Positions 38,100 to 50,169 of a stretch of 64,000 bases of DNA are shown one piece after another. This stretch comes from Chiloscyllium plagiosum (lineage: Eukaryota), in the NCBI RefSeq assembly GCF_004010195.1, contig NC_057720.1:11796941-11860940 (forward strand). Reading direction: 5' to 3'. The notes beneath the pieces are model-generated. The model was not told the origin of the DNA. It saw only the letters and a program-made list of their open reading frames with translations, and did no database searches. Each line of letters starts with the position of its first letter. Position 1 is the stretch's first letter. The position numbers were made by a program, and so were the translations under genes.

Positions 38100-40025
38100 T
38101 ATTAGAACATAGAACAATACAGCACAGAACAGGCCCTTCAAACCTCGATGTTGTGCTGAACTGTGAACTATTCTCAGCTCGTCCCCCTACACTATTCCAA
38201 AATCATCCATGTGGTTATCTAAGGATTGTTTAAATCTCCCTAATGTGGCTGAGTTGACAACATTAGCAGGTAGGGCATTCCACACCCTTACCACTCTCTG
38301 CGTAAAGAACCTGCCTCTAACATCTGTCTTAAATCTATCACCCTTCAATTTGTAGTTATGTCCCCTCGTACACGCTGATGTCATCATCCTAGGAAAAAGA
38401 CTTTCACTGTCTACCTTATCTAATCTTCTGATCATCTTGTATGTCTCTTAGCCTTCTTCTTTCCAATGAGAACAGTCTCTCAGCCTTCCCTCCAGACCAG
38501 GCAACATCCTGGTAAATCTCCTTTGCACCTTTTCCAATGCTTCCACATCCTTCCCGAAATATGGGGACCAGAACTGTACACAATATTCCAATTGTAGCCG
38601 CACCAGCGTTTTGTATAGTTGCAGCATGATATTGCGGCTCTGGAACTCAATCCCTCTACGAATGAAACCTAACACACCGTATGCCTTCTTAACAGCACTA
38701 TCCACCTGGGTGGCAACTTTCAGGGATCTATGTACATGGACTCCAAGATCCCTCTGCACATCCACACTACCAAGAATCTTTCCATTAATCCAGTATTCTG
38801 CCTTCCTGTTGTTCTTCCCAAAGTGCATCACCTCACATTTAGCTGCATTGAACTCCATTTGCCACCTCTCAGCCCAATTCTGCAGTTTATCCAAGTCCCC
38901 CCGCAATCTGTAACATTCTTCCACACTGTCCACGACTCCACCGACTTTAGTGTCGTCTGCAAAATCCTTTCCAAAACCTTTCCTCTAATTACCTGGGTCA
39001 TCTCTGCTGCCCTTCTTGAACAAGGGTACATTTGCATTCCTCCAGTCCTCAGGTACTAAACCTGTAGACAAATACGACTCAAATATCAAAGCCAAAGGCT
39101 CTGCTACCTCCACCCTAGCTTCCCAGAGAATCCTCGGATAAGTCCCATCCAGCCCAGGGGACTTGTCTACTTTCACTCCTTCTAGAATTGATAACACCTG
39201 TTTGTAACTAACCTCGATCCTTTATAGTCTAATATCTAGTACCTCATTCTTCTCCTCTGCAATATTCTCCTTTTCCTGAGTGAAAACCGATGAGAAATAT
39301 TCATTTAGCACCTCTCCAATCTCCGTAGGGTCCAAACTCAACATCCCACTTCTGTCTTTGACTGGCCCTATTCCTACCCTGATCATCCTTTTATTCCTCA
39401 CATACCTATAGAAAGCTTTAGGGTTCTCCTTTATTCTATTTGCTAAAGACTGCTCGTGTTCTCTCTTTGCTCTTCTTAACTCTCTCTTTAAATCCTTCCT
39501 AGCTGATCTGTAACTCTCCATCGCCTCATCTGAACAATCTTGTTTCATCAACACGTAAGCCTCCTTCTTCGTAACAAGAGATGCAATTTCTGTCATAAAC
39601 CACAATTCCCTTACCTTATCACTTCCTCCCTGCCTGACAGGAACATACCTATCAAGGACATGCAATATCTGTTCCTTTATCCAGCCCCACTTTTCCATTG
39701 TCTGCATCCCCTGCATTTTGCTACCCCATTCTATGCATCCTAATTCTTGCCTAATCGCATTATAATTGCCCTTGCCCCATTGATAACTCTTGACCTGTGG
39801 CATGTACCTATCCCTTTCCGTCACTAAACTGAACGTAGTTGAATTATGGTCAATCTCTCCAAAGTGCTCACCTACAACTAAATCAAACACCTGGCTGGTT
39901 CATTGCCAAGCACCAGATCCAGTCTGGCCTCCCCTCTTGTCGGCCCTTTGACATACTGTGTCAGGAAACCCTCCTGCACACATTGGACAAAAACTGACCC
40001 ATCCAACGTACTAAAGTTATAGCAT
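38100..40025 (-). mobile_element. CR1 LINE ORF2 fragment with an internal deletion
   Basis: ORFs 38187-39890 cover the endonuclease end, linker and RT C-terminus; the RT core is missing near 38965. Confidence 0.92.
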
Positions 40026-40511
40026 TATTATTTAAGTAATTTATGCTATAAATAAAGTATAACAGTGCTGTGTTTATCCCCTGCATTACATGTGCGTTTT
40101 TACATTGATTACGTGGAACTCTTGATTATCTGGGATATCGAACAATCAGCACATTCCTGGTCCCATCGGTGTTGAATAATAAAAGGTTTGCTGTACTTTT
40201 TCCAAAGTGAAGCCACTATTATGTTGGAAATGGAGAAGGTAATCTCCACACAGTAAGAGCCCACAATGACAATAGCCAGCTAATCCAGAAGCAGGAATGC
40301 TGGAGAGTTGGGAGATAAACAAAAGCCAGAAAATCTCAGCAGAGCGTGTGGAGAGAAAAAAATTAACAGGTCAGATCAATGATCAGAGAGTACATAGAGA
40401 GCAAAGATGAACAAGGGAGAAAAAGCAAATACAAATCTCACCAAACAGCAGAACTTCTTCAAGCTACACTGAGGAATCTGTGTAAAGCTGTCTGAAGCTG
40501 GTTTGGTGGTG

Positions 40512-41204
40512 GTTTTTTTATTTCAAAAATATACTTCATTCATAAAATACTTTGATGATCTATATAACTGGACATGCCATACATATGTAAACATTCCATT
40601 TGTTTGCATACCGAAACAGAGTAATCATTCCTATTTACAGGTCTGTACAATTACATTTTTAGCTGAGGCGTCAGCAGAGCCCAAATCACTGCGCGGGCCC
40701 CCTGTTCTTCTTTAGGCAGGCAGATGTTACACGGTGGTCTTTCCCCACCGCGCCTTGGCGGCAGCTGCCCCAAGCTTCAGCGCGTCCCTCAACACGTAGT
40801 CCTGGACCTTGGAATGTGCCAGTCTGCAACACTCAGTCGGGGTCAACTCCTTCAGCTGGAAGATCAGCAGGTTTCGGACCACCCAGAGAGCGTCCTTCAC
40901 TGAGTTGATGATCCTCCAGGCTCAGTTGATGTTCGTCTCGGTGTGCGTCCCGGGGAACAGACCGTAGAGCACGGAGTCCCGCGTCACGGTGCTGCTCGGG
41001 ACAAACCTCGACAAACACCATTGCATTCCTCTCCAGACTTCTTCTGCGTAGGCACAGAAGGAGGTGCGTGACAGTCTCGTCCCCCCCACAGCCGCTTCGA
41101 GGGCAGCGTGCGGTGCGGCTGAGAGTCCGGGCGTGCATAAAGGATCTCACAGGCAGAGCCCTTCTCACCACCAGCCAAGCCACGTCTTGGTGCTTGTTGG
41201 AAAG
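40512..41204 (-). mobile_element. Tx1/L1-clade LINE 3' end (zf-RVT)
   Basis: AWLVVRRALPV...CPRSGCGGDETVTHLLL zinc-binding motif; CpG-rich; A-rich 3' terminus. Confidence 0.8.
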
Positions 41205-41574
41205 TGGTGGTGGAGGGGGGGATGCTGGTGTTTTACAAACTTAAATTACAGCCCTGGCTCAGCAGCATGGCTGAGCCTAAGCAAGCACTATTCCATTTTG
41301 TCAGTGTTACCTGCTTCACGTCGTCTGAAAGGCACTCAGAATACAATGAAGGGAGAACTGCCTCCCACACACACAAAAAAACTTATGTTTATGTCGTGAC
41401 TTTCACAGCTTCAGGACATCAAGGGTTTTACAACCAACCAAATGTCTTTCAGGTTTGACCATCATTGTAATGTAGGAATTCTGGCAGCCAATCTGTATGC
41501 AGAAACTGCAAAGTAATGTTTTAGTGACTGTTTTGAGGGATGGATTTGGCCAGGATATTGAAGACAAATCTAAA

Positions 41575-41695
41575 ATACAACAAAGAACGTAGATACTGAA
41601 GATCTGATGTAAAAACAGAAATTACTGGAGGTCTGGCAGCATCTGCGGGAAGAAAGCAGTTGATGTTTTGAATCTGATAACTCTTCATCAGAACT
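41575..41695 (-). mobile_element. Penelope-derived terminal repeat with a hammerhead-like core
   Basis: Minus strand AGTT-CTGATGA-AGAGTT-ATCA-GATTC-(G>A)AAA-CATC-AACT, where AGTT/AACT forms stem I. Confidence 0.65.
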
Positions 41696-41775
41696 GCCTT
41701 CAGAGGTCCGAGGATGAGGAAATTGGCCTAAACTGTTAAATTAATAATCTCAGGGCCTCCTATACAACAACAGTT

Positions 41776-43140
41776 GGGCAGCATGGTGGCTCAGTGGTTG
41801 GCACTGTTGCCTCTCAGCGCCAGGAACCTGGATTCAACTCCACCCTTGAGCGACTGCCTGCGTGGAGTTTGCACATTCTCCCCATGTCTGCGTGGGTTTC
41901 CTCCGGGTGCTCCGGTTTCCTCTCACAGTCCAAAGATGTACAGGTTAGGTGGGTTGGCCATGCTAAGTTGCTAATAGTATCTGGCTATGTGTAGGTTAGG
42001 TGGCTTAGCCATGGGAAATGCAGAGTTGTGGGGTTGGTTGCAATGCTTTTTAGAGGATTAGTGTGCACACACTGGACTGAATGGCCTGCTTCCTCACTGC
42101 AGATTCAAAAAGTGCTTGTTTTTCCGAACTGGAGGTCTGTGATCAGCAGTGTGCCACAAGACTCGGTGCTGGGTCCACTGCTCTTTGTCATTTATATAAA
42201 TGATGCGAATACAGGAGGTATGGTTAGTAAGTTTGCAGATGACACCAAAATTGGAGGTGCACTGTACAGTGAAGAAGGTTACCTCAGAGTACAACAGGGT
42301 CTTGATCAGATGGGCCAAGGAGTGGCAGATGGAGTTTAATTTAGATAAACGTGAGGTGCTGCGTTTTGATTGGACAAACCAGGATAGGGCTTATACACTG
42401 AATGGTAAGGTCCTGGGGAGTGTTGCTGAACAAAGAGACCTTGGAGTGTAGGTTCATAGTTCCTTGAAAGTGGAGTCACAGGTAGACAGGAGTGGTTAAG
42501 AAGGCACTTTATTGCCTTCATTGTTCAAAACATTGAGTATAGGAATTGAGAAGTCATGTTGTGGCTGTACAGCACTTTGGTGAGGACACTGTTAGAATAC
42601 TGCGCTCAACTCTGGTCTCCCTGCTACAGGAAAGATGTTGTTAAACTAAAACAGATTTAGAAAAAAAAATTACAAGGATGTTTGCTGGCACTGGAAAGTT
42701 TGAACTATTGGGAGAGGCTGAATAGGCTGGGGCTGTTTTCCCTTGAGCATCAGAGGCTGAGGAGTGACCTTATGTAAGTTTATAAAATCATGGACGGGCA
42801 TGGACAGGATCAATTGACAAGGTCTTTTCCCCTCCAGAGTAGGGAGTCCAAAACTAGAGGGCATAAGTTTAAGGTGAGAGGGACAAGATTTAAAAGGGAC
42901 CTTAGAGGCAACCTTTTCACACAGAGGGTGGTGTGTGTATGGAATGAGCTGCCAGAGGAAGTGGTGGAGGCTGGTACAAGTACAACATTTAAAAGGCATC
43001 TGGATGGGTATATGATTAGTAAGGGTTTAGAGGGATATGGGCCAGGTGCTGGCAAATGGGACTAGGTCAGATTGGAATATGTGATCAACACGGATCAATT
43101 GCACTGAAGGGTGTGTTTCCTTGCTGTATGATTCTGTGAT
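41776..43140 (+). mobile_element. HE1 SINE (41776-42100) followed by a CR1 RT 3' fragment (42110-43140)
   Basis: SINE head; [19 protein letters not shown] and FADDTK motifs. Confidence 0.9.
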
Positions 43141-43609
43141 CAATGTAAATTTATTTCTTCTGTGTGTATCCTGAATAGATTTAAAACTGTGAAGCAAAAA
43201 TCATGGCAGTATTGAGAAAACGGACTCAGAGTTTTCTAGTTGCCTGTTAATGTGTGGCCATGCTAATGAGCCGTGCAGGTTTAAAGGTGAACAATGCTAT
43301 ATAGTTTGCCCACTGCACGTGAACTTGATAATGCAGGATCACACAAAGCCCAGCCTGGACTGAGTGATCAGAACTGTGTTCGGTTTATGACTCAGAACAG
43401 AGAAAGCACACCCACAGAAGGAAAGGTTCTGTGTACAGACGGTGGAGCAGACAGGTGGTGATTAATGGGCAACGTATAATGGCGCACTATCAAATTAGCT
43501 ATCTATTTCAGCTAAGGTCCAACTTTGTCTTTGAACAGAGAAAATGGAAACCAATTCAATACCACCTGTTTTATATTACCTTTCAAAGAAAGAAAAACAA
43601 TGCCCCAGG

Positions 43610-44020
43610 CTCACAGACACACAGAGACACTTGCATGTACAGAGAGCAAGACACACACACAGAAATACATGCACATAAAGAGAGAGACACAGACACACAT
43701 ACATATACAGAGAGACACACACAGACACATGCACAGACAGGGAGAGACACACACAGAGAGAGACTCACAGGCATAGAGACACATGCACGTAGAGAGAGAG
43801 ACACACAGTGACACATGCATATACAGAGACACACACACAAAGACACATGCTCACAGAGAGAGTGAGACAGACACACAGAGACACATGCACATACAGAGAG
43901 GGATACGCAGACAGAGAGAGAGAGAGAGAGAAAAAAACACAATTTCACATACAGAGAGACATACACACACATACAGAGAGAGGGAGAGAGAGAGACACAC
44001 ACACACATACACACACTACA
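43610..44020. repeat. Degenerate (CA)n/(GA)n microsatellite-like tract
   Basis: Repeated acacac/agagag units such as gagacacacacagacacatgca. Confidence 0.95.
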
Positions 44021-44749
44021 ACTAACGTCCCGGAATAAACGACTTAGCCAGAGCAGGCTATTCGCCCGTTGCGTCTACTCTATCATTTATTGAGGTCGTA
44101 ACTGACCTGGTTTAATCTCAACTCTACTTTCCTGCCTGCCTTCCATCACCCCCTGCTCACTTTTCAATCAAAAATCTGAAAACCTATAAATCCAAAGGCC
44201 CAGACCTCACTCACAGGAGGTAAAGGTATTGACACCACCTGAGCTAGTGGTATTTTCTTTCTTGAATGAACTTATTCAGACATGTCATACCACCCAAGGT
44301 TCTGGAATAGGTGAGACCTGAACCCAGACCTTCTGATCCAGAGATAGGGACAGTAGCACTATACCTCAAGAGCCCTTCATGAGATATTGGTAGACAATTT
44401 CTAATCAATCTATGCAGAAATATTATTACACACCCCTGGAACAGGTGAGACTTGGTCTGAGGAAATAGTATTATTTCAAACAATACTTTAGCACAGCCAC
44501 CTTCCCCTTCTGGTCCCTTTTCTAGTCTAGAAGCTAACTTTCACTGTAGAATTCAGCCCTTTTTAGATATTCTCTGTTTGACCAGTTCAGAGATGTTGTG
44601 ACACATCTTCAGAACAGGTGGGTATGAAAATGATCAAACAATCATTGCTGCCCATTGACTTGAGCAGGAAAATGAATGCGTGCACTTAACAAATTTGAAT
44701 TTGCTTTTGTCTTTAAATTGTGCAAACTGTAATGCCTTCTGTTTTACAG

Positions 44750-44884
44750 ATAAATGCAGAAGAAACTCCTGACAAAGTATTCCAACAGATCGGTGAAGCT
44801 ATCCTTTCTATCCAAGAGAGTAGCACAAGTGACGTGACGTTGGATGGTTTCCTGTCGGAGGAACTGAGTAGCACAGGGTATTGA
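44750..44884 (+). CDS. AK5: AK5 probable last coding exon: INAEETPDKVFQQIGEAILSIQESSTSDVTLDGFLSEELSSTGY*
   Basis: ttctgttttacag acceptor; start matches recalled AK5 INAEGTPEDVF; TGA at 44882-44884. The 3' end is less certain because of a possible GG|gtattg donor near 44877. Confidence 0.85.
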   Translation: MNAEETPDKVFQQIGEAILSIQESSTSDVTLDGFLSEELSSTGY

Positions 44885-45120
44885 GTCTTAGGGTAGAATG
44901 CTCCCCTCCTGGAAGGTGGCTAGAAATAGCTTGGGGGCAAGTTGACCCCAGAGACATTTGCACCCTTCCTAGCTCACCAATTAGGTCCTGGATGTGAGCA
45001 TCCATTGAAGACACTACTTAAGACCCTTAAGTGATCAATTATTGGCCCGTTAAGGGCTTCAACTCTCCGCATCCCCAAGCTAAGTGGCTTGTTTCTTGAC
45101 TAGGTAACCATGGCGATCTG

Positions 45121-45342
45121 AATTGAAGAGTGTGGAGCTGGAAAAGCACAGCGGTCAGGCAGCATCCGAGGAGCAGGAGAGTTGACATTTCGAGCATAAG
45201 CTCTTCATTAGAAATTCCTGAAGATCTTATGCTCAAAGCGTTGACTCTCCTGTTCCTCAGATGCTGTCTGACCTGCTGTGCTCTTCCAACTCCACACTCT
45301 TCGATTCTGATCTCCAGCACCTGCAGTCCTCACTTTCGCCTG
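45121..45342. mobile_element. Fold-back Penelope-derived mini-element downstream of the AK5 stop
   Basis: TSD accatggc(g/a)atctg (45107-45120 / 45343-45356); inverted arms of about 90 bp; degraded hammerhead cores on both strands. Confidence 0.82.
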
Positions 45343-45711
45343 ACCATGGCAATCTGTCAGTGATGGGGCCTCTAATTGCCCCAAACTGTGGACAATCAGA
45401 CCCACACGAGGGACAAAGGGGTGATCTTTGAAAGCCTCCAATCCCCCTTTTCCCTGCAACATGCTCCCAATGAGAAGCTAAAGACTCCGTTGGATCCACT
45501 GAGCTGCTGGCGTGATCAACAGTCTTTCAGGATCCAGACCCTCCAATTGGGGAAGTGAAGACACTGCTGTCTGGGCTTGTGATAGGTCGAGATACTCTCC
45601 AAAGCACACCAACCAGCTGATTGGCGGGTAATTGGTTGAGCTCTCTCGACAGTGGAAGTGGCTAGATTATCACTGTTTAAGACTTGGATGTTAGTTCGCC
45701 CTCACACTTAA

Positions 45712-46400
45712 AGTCATAGTGTCATAGAGATGTACAGCATGGAAACAGACCCTTCAGTCCAACCAGTCCATGCTGACCAGATATTCCAACCCAATCTAGT
45801 TCCACCTGCCAGCACCCGGCCCATATCCCTCCAAACCCTTCCTATTCATATACCCATCCAAATGCCTTTTGTACCAGCCTCCACCACTTCCTCTGGCAGC
45901 TCATTCCATACACGTACCACCCTCTGTGTGATAAAGTTGCCCCTTGGGTCTCTTTTATATCTTTCCCCTCTCACCCTAAACCTATGCTCTCTAGTTCTGG
46001 ACTCGCTGACCCCAGGGAGAAATCGACTTTATCTATTTATCCTATCCATGCCCCTCATAATTTTGTAAACCTCTATAAGGTCACCCCTTAGCCTCTGATG
46101 CTCCAGGGAAAACAGCCCAAGCCTGTTCAGCCTCTCCTTACAGCTCAATTCCTCCAACCCTGGCAACATCTTTGTAAGTCTTTTCTGAACCCTTTAAAGT
46201 TTCACAACATCTTTCCGATAGGAAGGAGACCAGAATTGCACGCAATATTCCAACAGTGGCCCAACCAATGACCTGTACAGCCGCAACATGACCTCCCAAC
46301 TCCTGTACTCAATACTCTGACCAATAAAGGAAAGTATACCAAACGCCTTCTTCATTATCCTATCTACCTGCGACTCCACTTTCAAGGAGCTATGAACCTT
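45712..46400 (-). mobile_element. CR1 3' fragment
   Basis: LLEYCVQFWSPSYRKDV and tail. Confidence 0.92.
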
Positions 46401-47172
46401 AGTTACAAAAAAAGAGAAAATAACACTTTAGAATCAAGGAATGTTATCCCACAGTACAAGGTGATTCAGCTCATTAGGTCTATGCTGGCTGTCTGAATAA
46501 AAGTCATCTAGTTACAGGAACAACTCTCACTTTAATGTAGAGAAATGTCACCTCTGAGCGGTGAAGGTAGATGAAAGGGAATGCTAAGACTGGCTTGGGA
46601 AGGATAATTTAATGTCTGATTAAGAAGCACTCAGCATTAATTGCATGAAATTAAAATGTGGAAAAATGGGTTTTGTGACTGTGAATTTATTAAACTCTAT
46701 TTTAAAAATATTGTTTCAATCTATAATGTTAGCGATTTGAAGGCATGTGATAATACATATCCTTTTTACGGGAATTTACCTCATGCCATTTTTACACTTC
46801 TACTTAAACAATCGCTTGGGCATACATATCTTAAATATCACTGTAAAGAGAGATATATTGAAGATATCTTGCGTTTAATCAGGCCAACTGCAAGATTGCC
46901 AAATTTCAAATGATCAAAACACTTTACAGCGCAGGAGAAAAGCCCCCGTTGTTCTTCTTGTGGCTATGCCCAAGTCAACTCATCATGCAAGCAACATCCT
47001 TTTCTCCTGATTGTATTTACACAATCATTTGTAATTTAGTATTTGAGTAATTTGTGAGAAGCAAGAGACTCTAGCTTGCATGAAAGCAAGATTTAAAATC
47101 TTCAACAAAAGTCTCACTTTTAAGTAATACTTTTGCTTAAAGCCATTGTCTGCATTAATAATTTAAGACTGC

Positions 47173-47178
47173 AATAAA
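47173..47178 (+). terminator. Candidate AK5 polyadenylation signal (AATAAA); alternatives at 46496 and 47323
   Basis: AATAAA in an AT-rich, repeat-poor stretch downstream of the AK5 stop. No transcript evidence. Confidence 0.25.
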
Positions 47179-47729
47179 ATACCTCTGCATTGCAAAGAGT
47201 GCAGGTAAACTTTACTCGCAATAACTCAAGGGCTGAAACCATTGACCCCGCCTTATGCCTGTTTAAAATAACACACACACTCCACAACCTCCTACCAAGC
47301 ATCCATGTGACCAGGAGACCAAAATAAATCGAAACCCAAGGTCATTGTGAAGGTTAAGATTAGTCCAGGAGACACGGATTAGTCTTAAAACTGCCAATGT
47401 TTTCTAAGTGCAGAGGGACAGTACAACAGTTTACACTACAAGTAAATCAAGACTTTGCAACTATACAGAACCTTGAATGATTGCAGAATATTGCAAACCT
47501 AATTAAGTTTTTTCTGAAGTGCAATTACTACTGTCATGCAGAACACAAAGCAGCCAGAGTTGCAGACAGCAGAAGAGGATCACTGGATGTGAAACTCTGA
47601 CTGTCTTCTCTCCACAGGTGCTGCCAGACCTGCTGAGTTTTTCCAGCTATTTCTACTTTTGACAGATTTCAGGCATCCATAGTGTTTTTTAGATTTTTGC
47701 ACAAGGGAAAGTGTTTTAATTGTTTTGCT

Positions 47730-47945
47730 TTGAGAGTTAACTATTGGCCAGCTTCCCAATTTTTCTTCAAAATATTGTTCTTTTAAATCTGAGAAGATAG
47801 TCTCAAATTGTGGTGTCAATCTGAAAGGCAACATTTCAACTGAGAGATTGGTGTAGATTATATACTTAAATTACTTGAGTCCAATTTAAAACCAAGACCT
47901 CCTTAATCGCAGGCAGCAGTGCAGCCACCGAGCTACAGCTGAAAT
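47730..47945 (-). mobile_element. Degraded Deu-domain SINE
   Basis: Minus-strand tRNA-like head plus gttgcctttcagattgacacc...atattttgaagaa...gctggccaata. Confidence 0.5.
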
Positions 47946-48419
47946 CTATGGTGCTGAGTAAACAGAGCTTTGAAACAAATCTTAAGAGCTCAGACCCAGA
48001 CAAAAATAACTCAAGAGACCAGATGGTTGCAAGTACCGTCCTGAGGAGAGATTTGGGCATTGCTTTTTTGTCTCCAGATCCTAATAAAATGTATGATAAA
48101 GTACACTACAGATTTCTCAAAAGCAACAAACAGCCAGTGTCAGTAGGGAAATAGTACTTTACTGAATCTAAATGGGAGTCTTGACAGCAGGATTGAAATG
48201 ATGCATACAGCAACCAGATGGTTACTTGTAAAGTTAATCTTGCTTGATTCACAACTAGTTTGAAAAGGGAAGAGACTTGCACTATATATCAAGCTGATCA
48301 TGACTTAGGATTTCTCAGTGAAGTACTTTTGAATATATACAGGCTAATAAATTAGGGAAATTAAGCGATTTATGTACCACAAGACCCCAAAAGACAATAA
48401 GATAACTCCCTTTTTTGGA

Positions 48420-49290
48420 GTCATAGTCATAAAGATGTACAGCACGGAAATAGACCCATCGGTCCAACCTGTCCACGCCAACCAGATATCCCAACCCAAT
48501 CTAGTCCCACATGCCAGCACCCGGTCCATATCCCTCTTAAACCATTCGTATTCACATCCCCATCCAGATGCCTTTTAAATGTTGCAATAGTATCAGCCTT
48601 CACTACTTCCTCTGGCAGCTCATTCCATGCACGTACCACCCTCTGTGTGAAAAGGCTACCCCTTAGGTCCCTTTTAATTCTCCTCCCCCTCACTCTAAAA
48701 CTATGCCCTCTAGTTCTGGACTTCCCTGCTCTGGGGAAAAGACCTTGGCTATTACCCTATCACTGCCCCTCATGATTTTATTATGAGGTCATCCCTCAGC
48801 TCCAGGGAAAACAGCCCCAGTCTATTCAACCTTTCCCTGTAGCTCAAATCCTCCAACACTGGCAACACCGTTGTAAATCTTTTCTGAACCCTTTCAAGTT
48901 TCACAACATCCTTCCTGTAGCAGGGGGACCAGAATTAAATGCAGTGTCCTAAGCAATGCCCTGTACAGCCACAACAACACTTCTCAGCTTCTGCTGAATG
49001 CACTGACCAATAAAGGTAAGTATACCAAACGCCTTCTTCACCACCCTGTCTACCTGCGACTCCACTTTCAAAGAGCGATGAACCTGCACTCCTAAGTCTC
49101 CTTGTTTGGCAACACTCCCCAGGACGTTACCATTAAGTCCTGCCTCTGGTTTATCTTTCCAAAATGTAGTGCCTCACATTTCTCCAAATTAAACTCCATC
49201 TAATCAAGGTCCCGTGTACCCTGAGGTAACCTTCTTCGCTGTCCACTACACCTACAATTTTCATGGCATCTGCAAATTTACTAACTATGC
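48420..49290 (-). mobile_element. CR1 RT 3' fragment
   Basis: SKFADAMK and FTQRVVRAWNELP motifs. Confidence 0.9.
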
Positions 49291-50169
49291 TGCCTATACT
49301 CACATCTCCTTGGCAGGAGTGCTGTGTGATTATTTGCATGCAGCAGATGAACTGACAGAACCTTGATTTAATATCTTGCCTGAATATAAGCACTTCTAGC
49401 AATACTGCACTGTAATGTCAGCCTGGATATGTGCTCATGTTCTGCAGGACTCTCACAATGCCAAGTCACAGAGAGGCAGGTTGAACATCTCAAAAGTGAG
49501 CATCGATGAGGCACTGTAGGCCATCCATGGAATTGTATTTATTCACTTGCTTTAACTACAGGATTGTCATGTCTTTCACTTTATCATTCCCATCAAGCCA
49601 GGAAGCAGACTTCTGCTTGGAATGAGTCTGGAGGAGGACTTTCATGAGTAACGTCAGGCACATCTAAAAATGAGCTGGCAACCTGGGAGAGCTGCATCAC
49701 ACCTCCATGTGAAGCAACAGAAAAGGTGTGCCATAAACAACGTGAAGTGATCCCACAGTCAACAGCTCAGACTGAACATAAACAGATAGTGCTGGAGGAA
49801 CTCAGCAGGTCTGGCAGCATCTATAGAGAGAAAGACTGTGTTAACATGTCAAATCCAATTACCCCTCAAGAGAATAGCTGGGAAAGGCTGATATTTATAT
49901 TGATGATGTAGTGAGGGGAGTGAATAGAGGACATGGAGATGAGGCCCACAGGGAAAGAGAGAGAGAGAGAGAAAGAAAATGGATAGGCAAAGAATGCTAT
50001 TGATAAGCTGAGAGAAAGAGAGAGAGAAAAAGAAAAATGCAAGGTAGTAATAAGTGTAAATAGTTGAAAATGGGTTGGCTGTGCTAGGAGGAACCCATGC
50101 ATACAGGGCTTAGAATTAAAGCTCTGCAGAGTTGCTGTACCCAACCATGAAGAAAGATAAACAACAATA

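Noticed and set aside
43431..44038. Overlapping ORFs rich in H/T/R/E or C/V/S/L
   Set aside because: They are translations of a CA/GA microsatellite.
26287..44884. Calling the gene AK1 or a pseudogene
   Set aside because: Upstream AK5-specific exons are in frame, ZZZ3 synteny fits AK5, and there are no stops or frameshifts.
46935..47050. Possible extra AK5 terminal exon after actttacag
   Set aside because: The acceptor is weak, the peptide is unrecognisable, and the upstream exon already has an in-frame stop.
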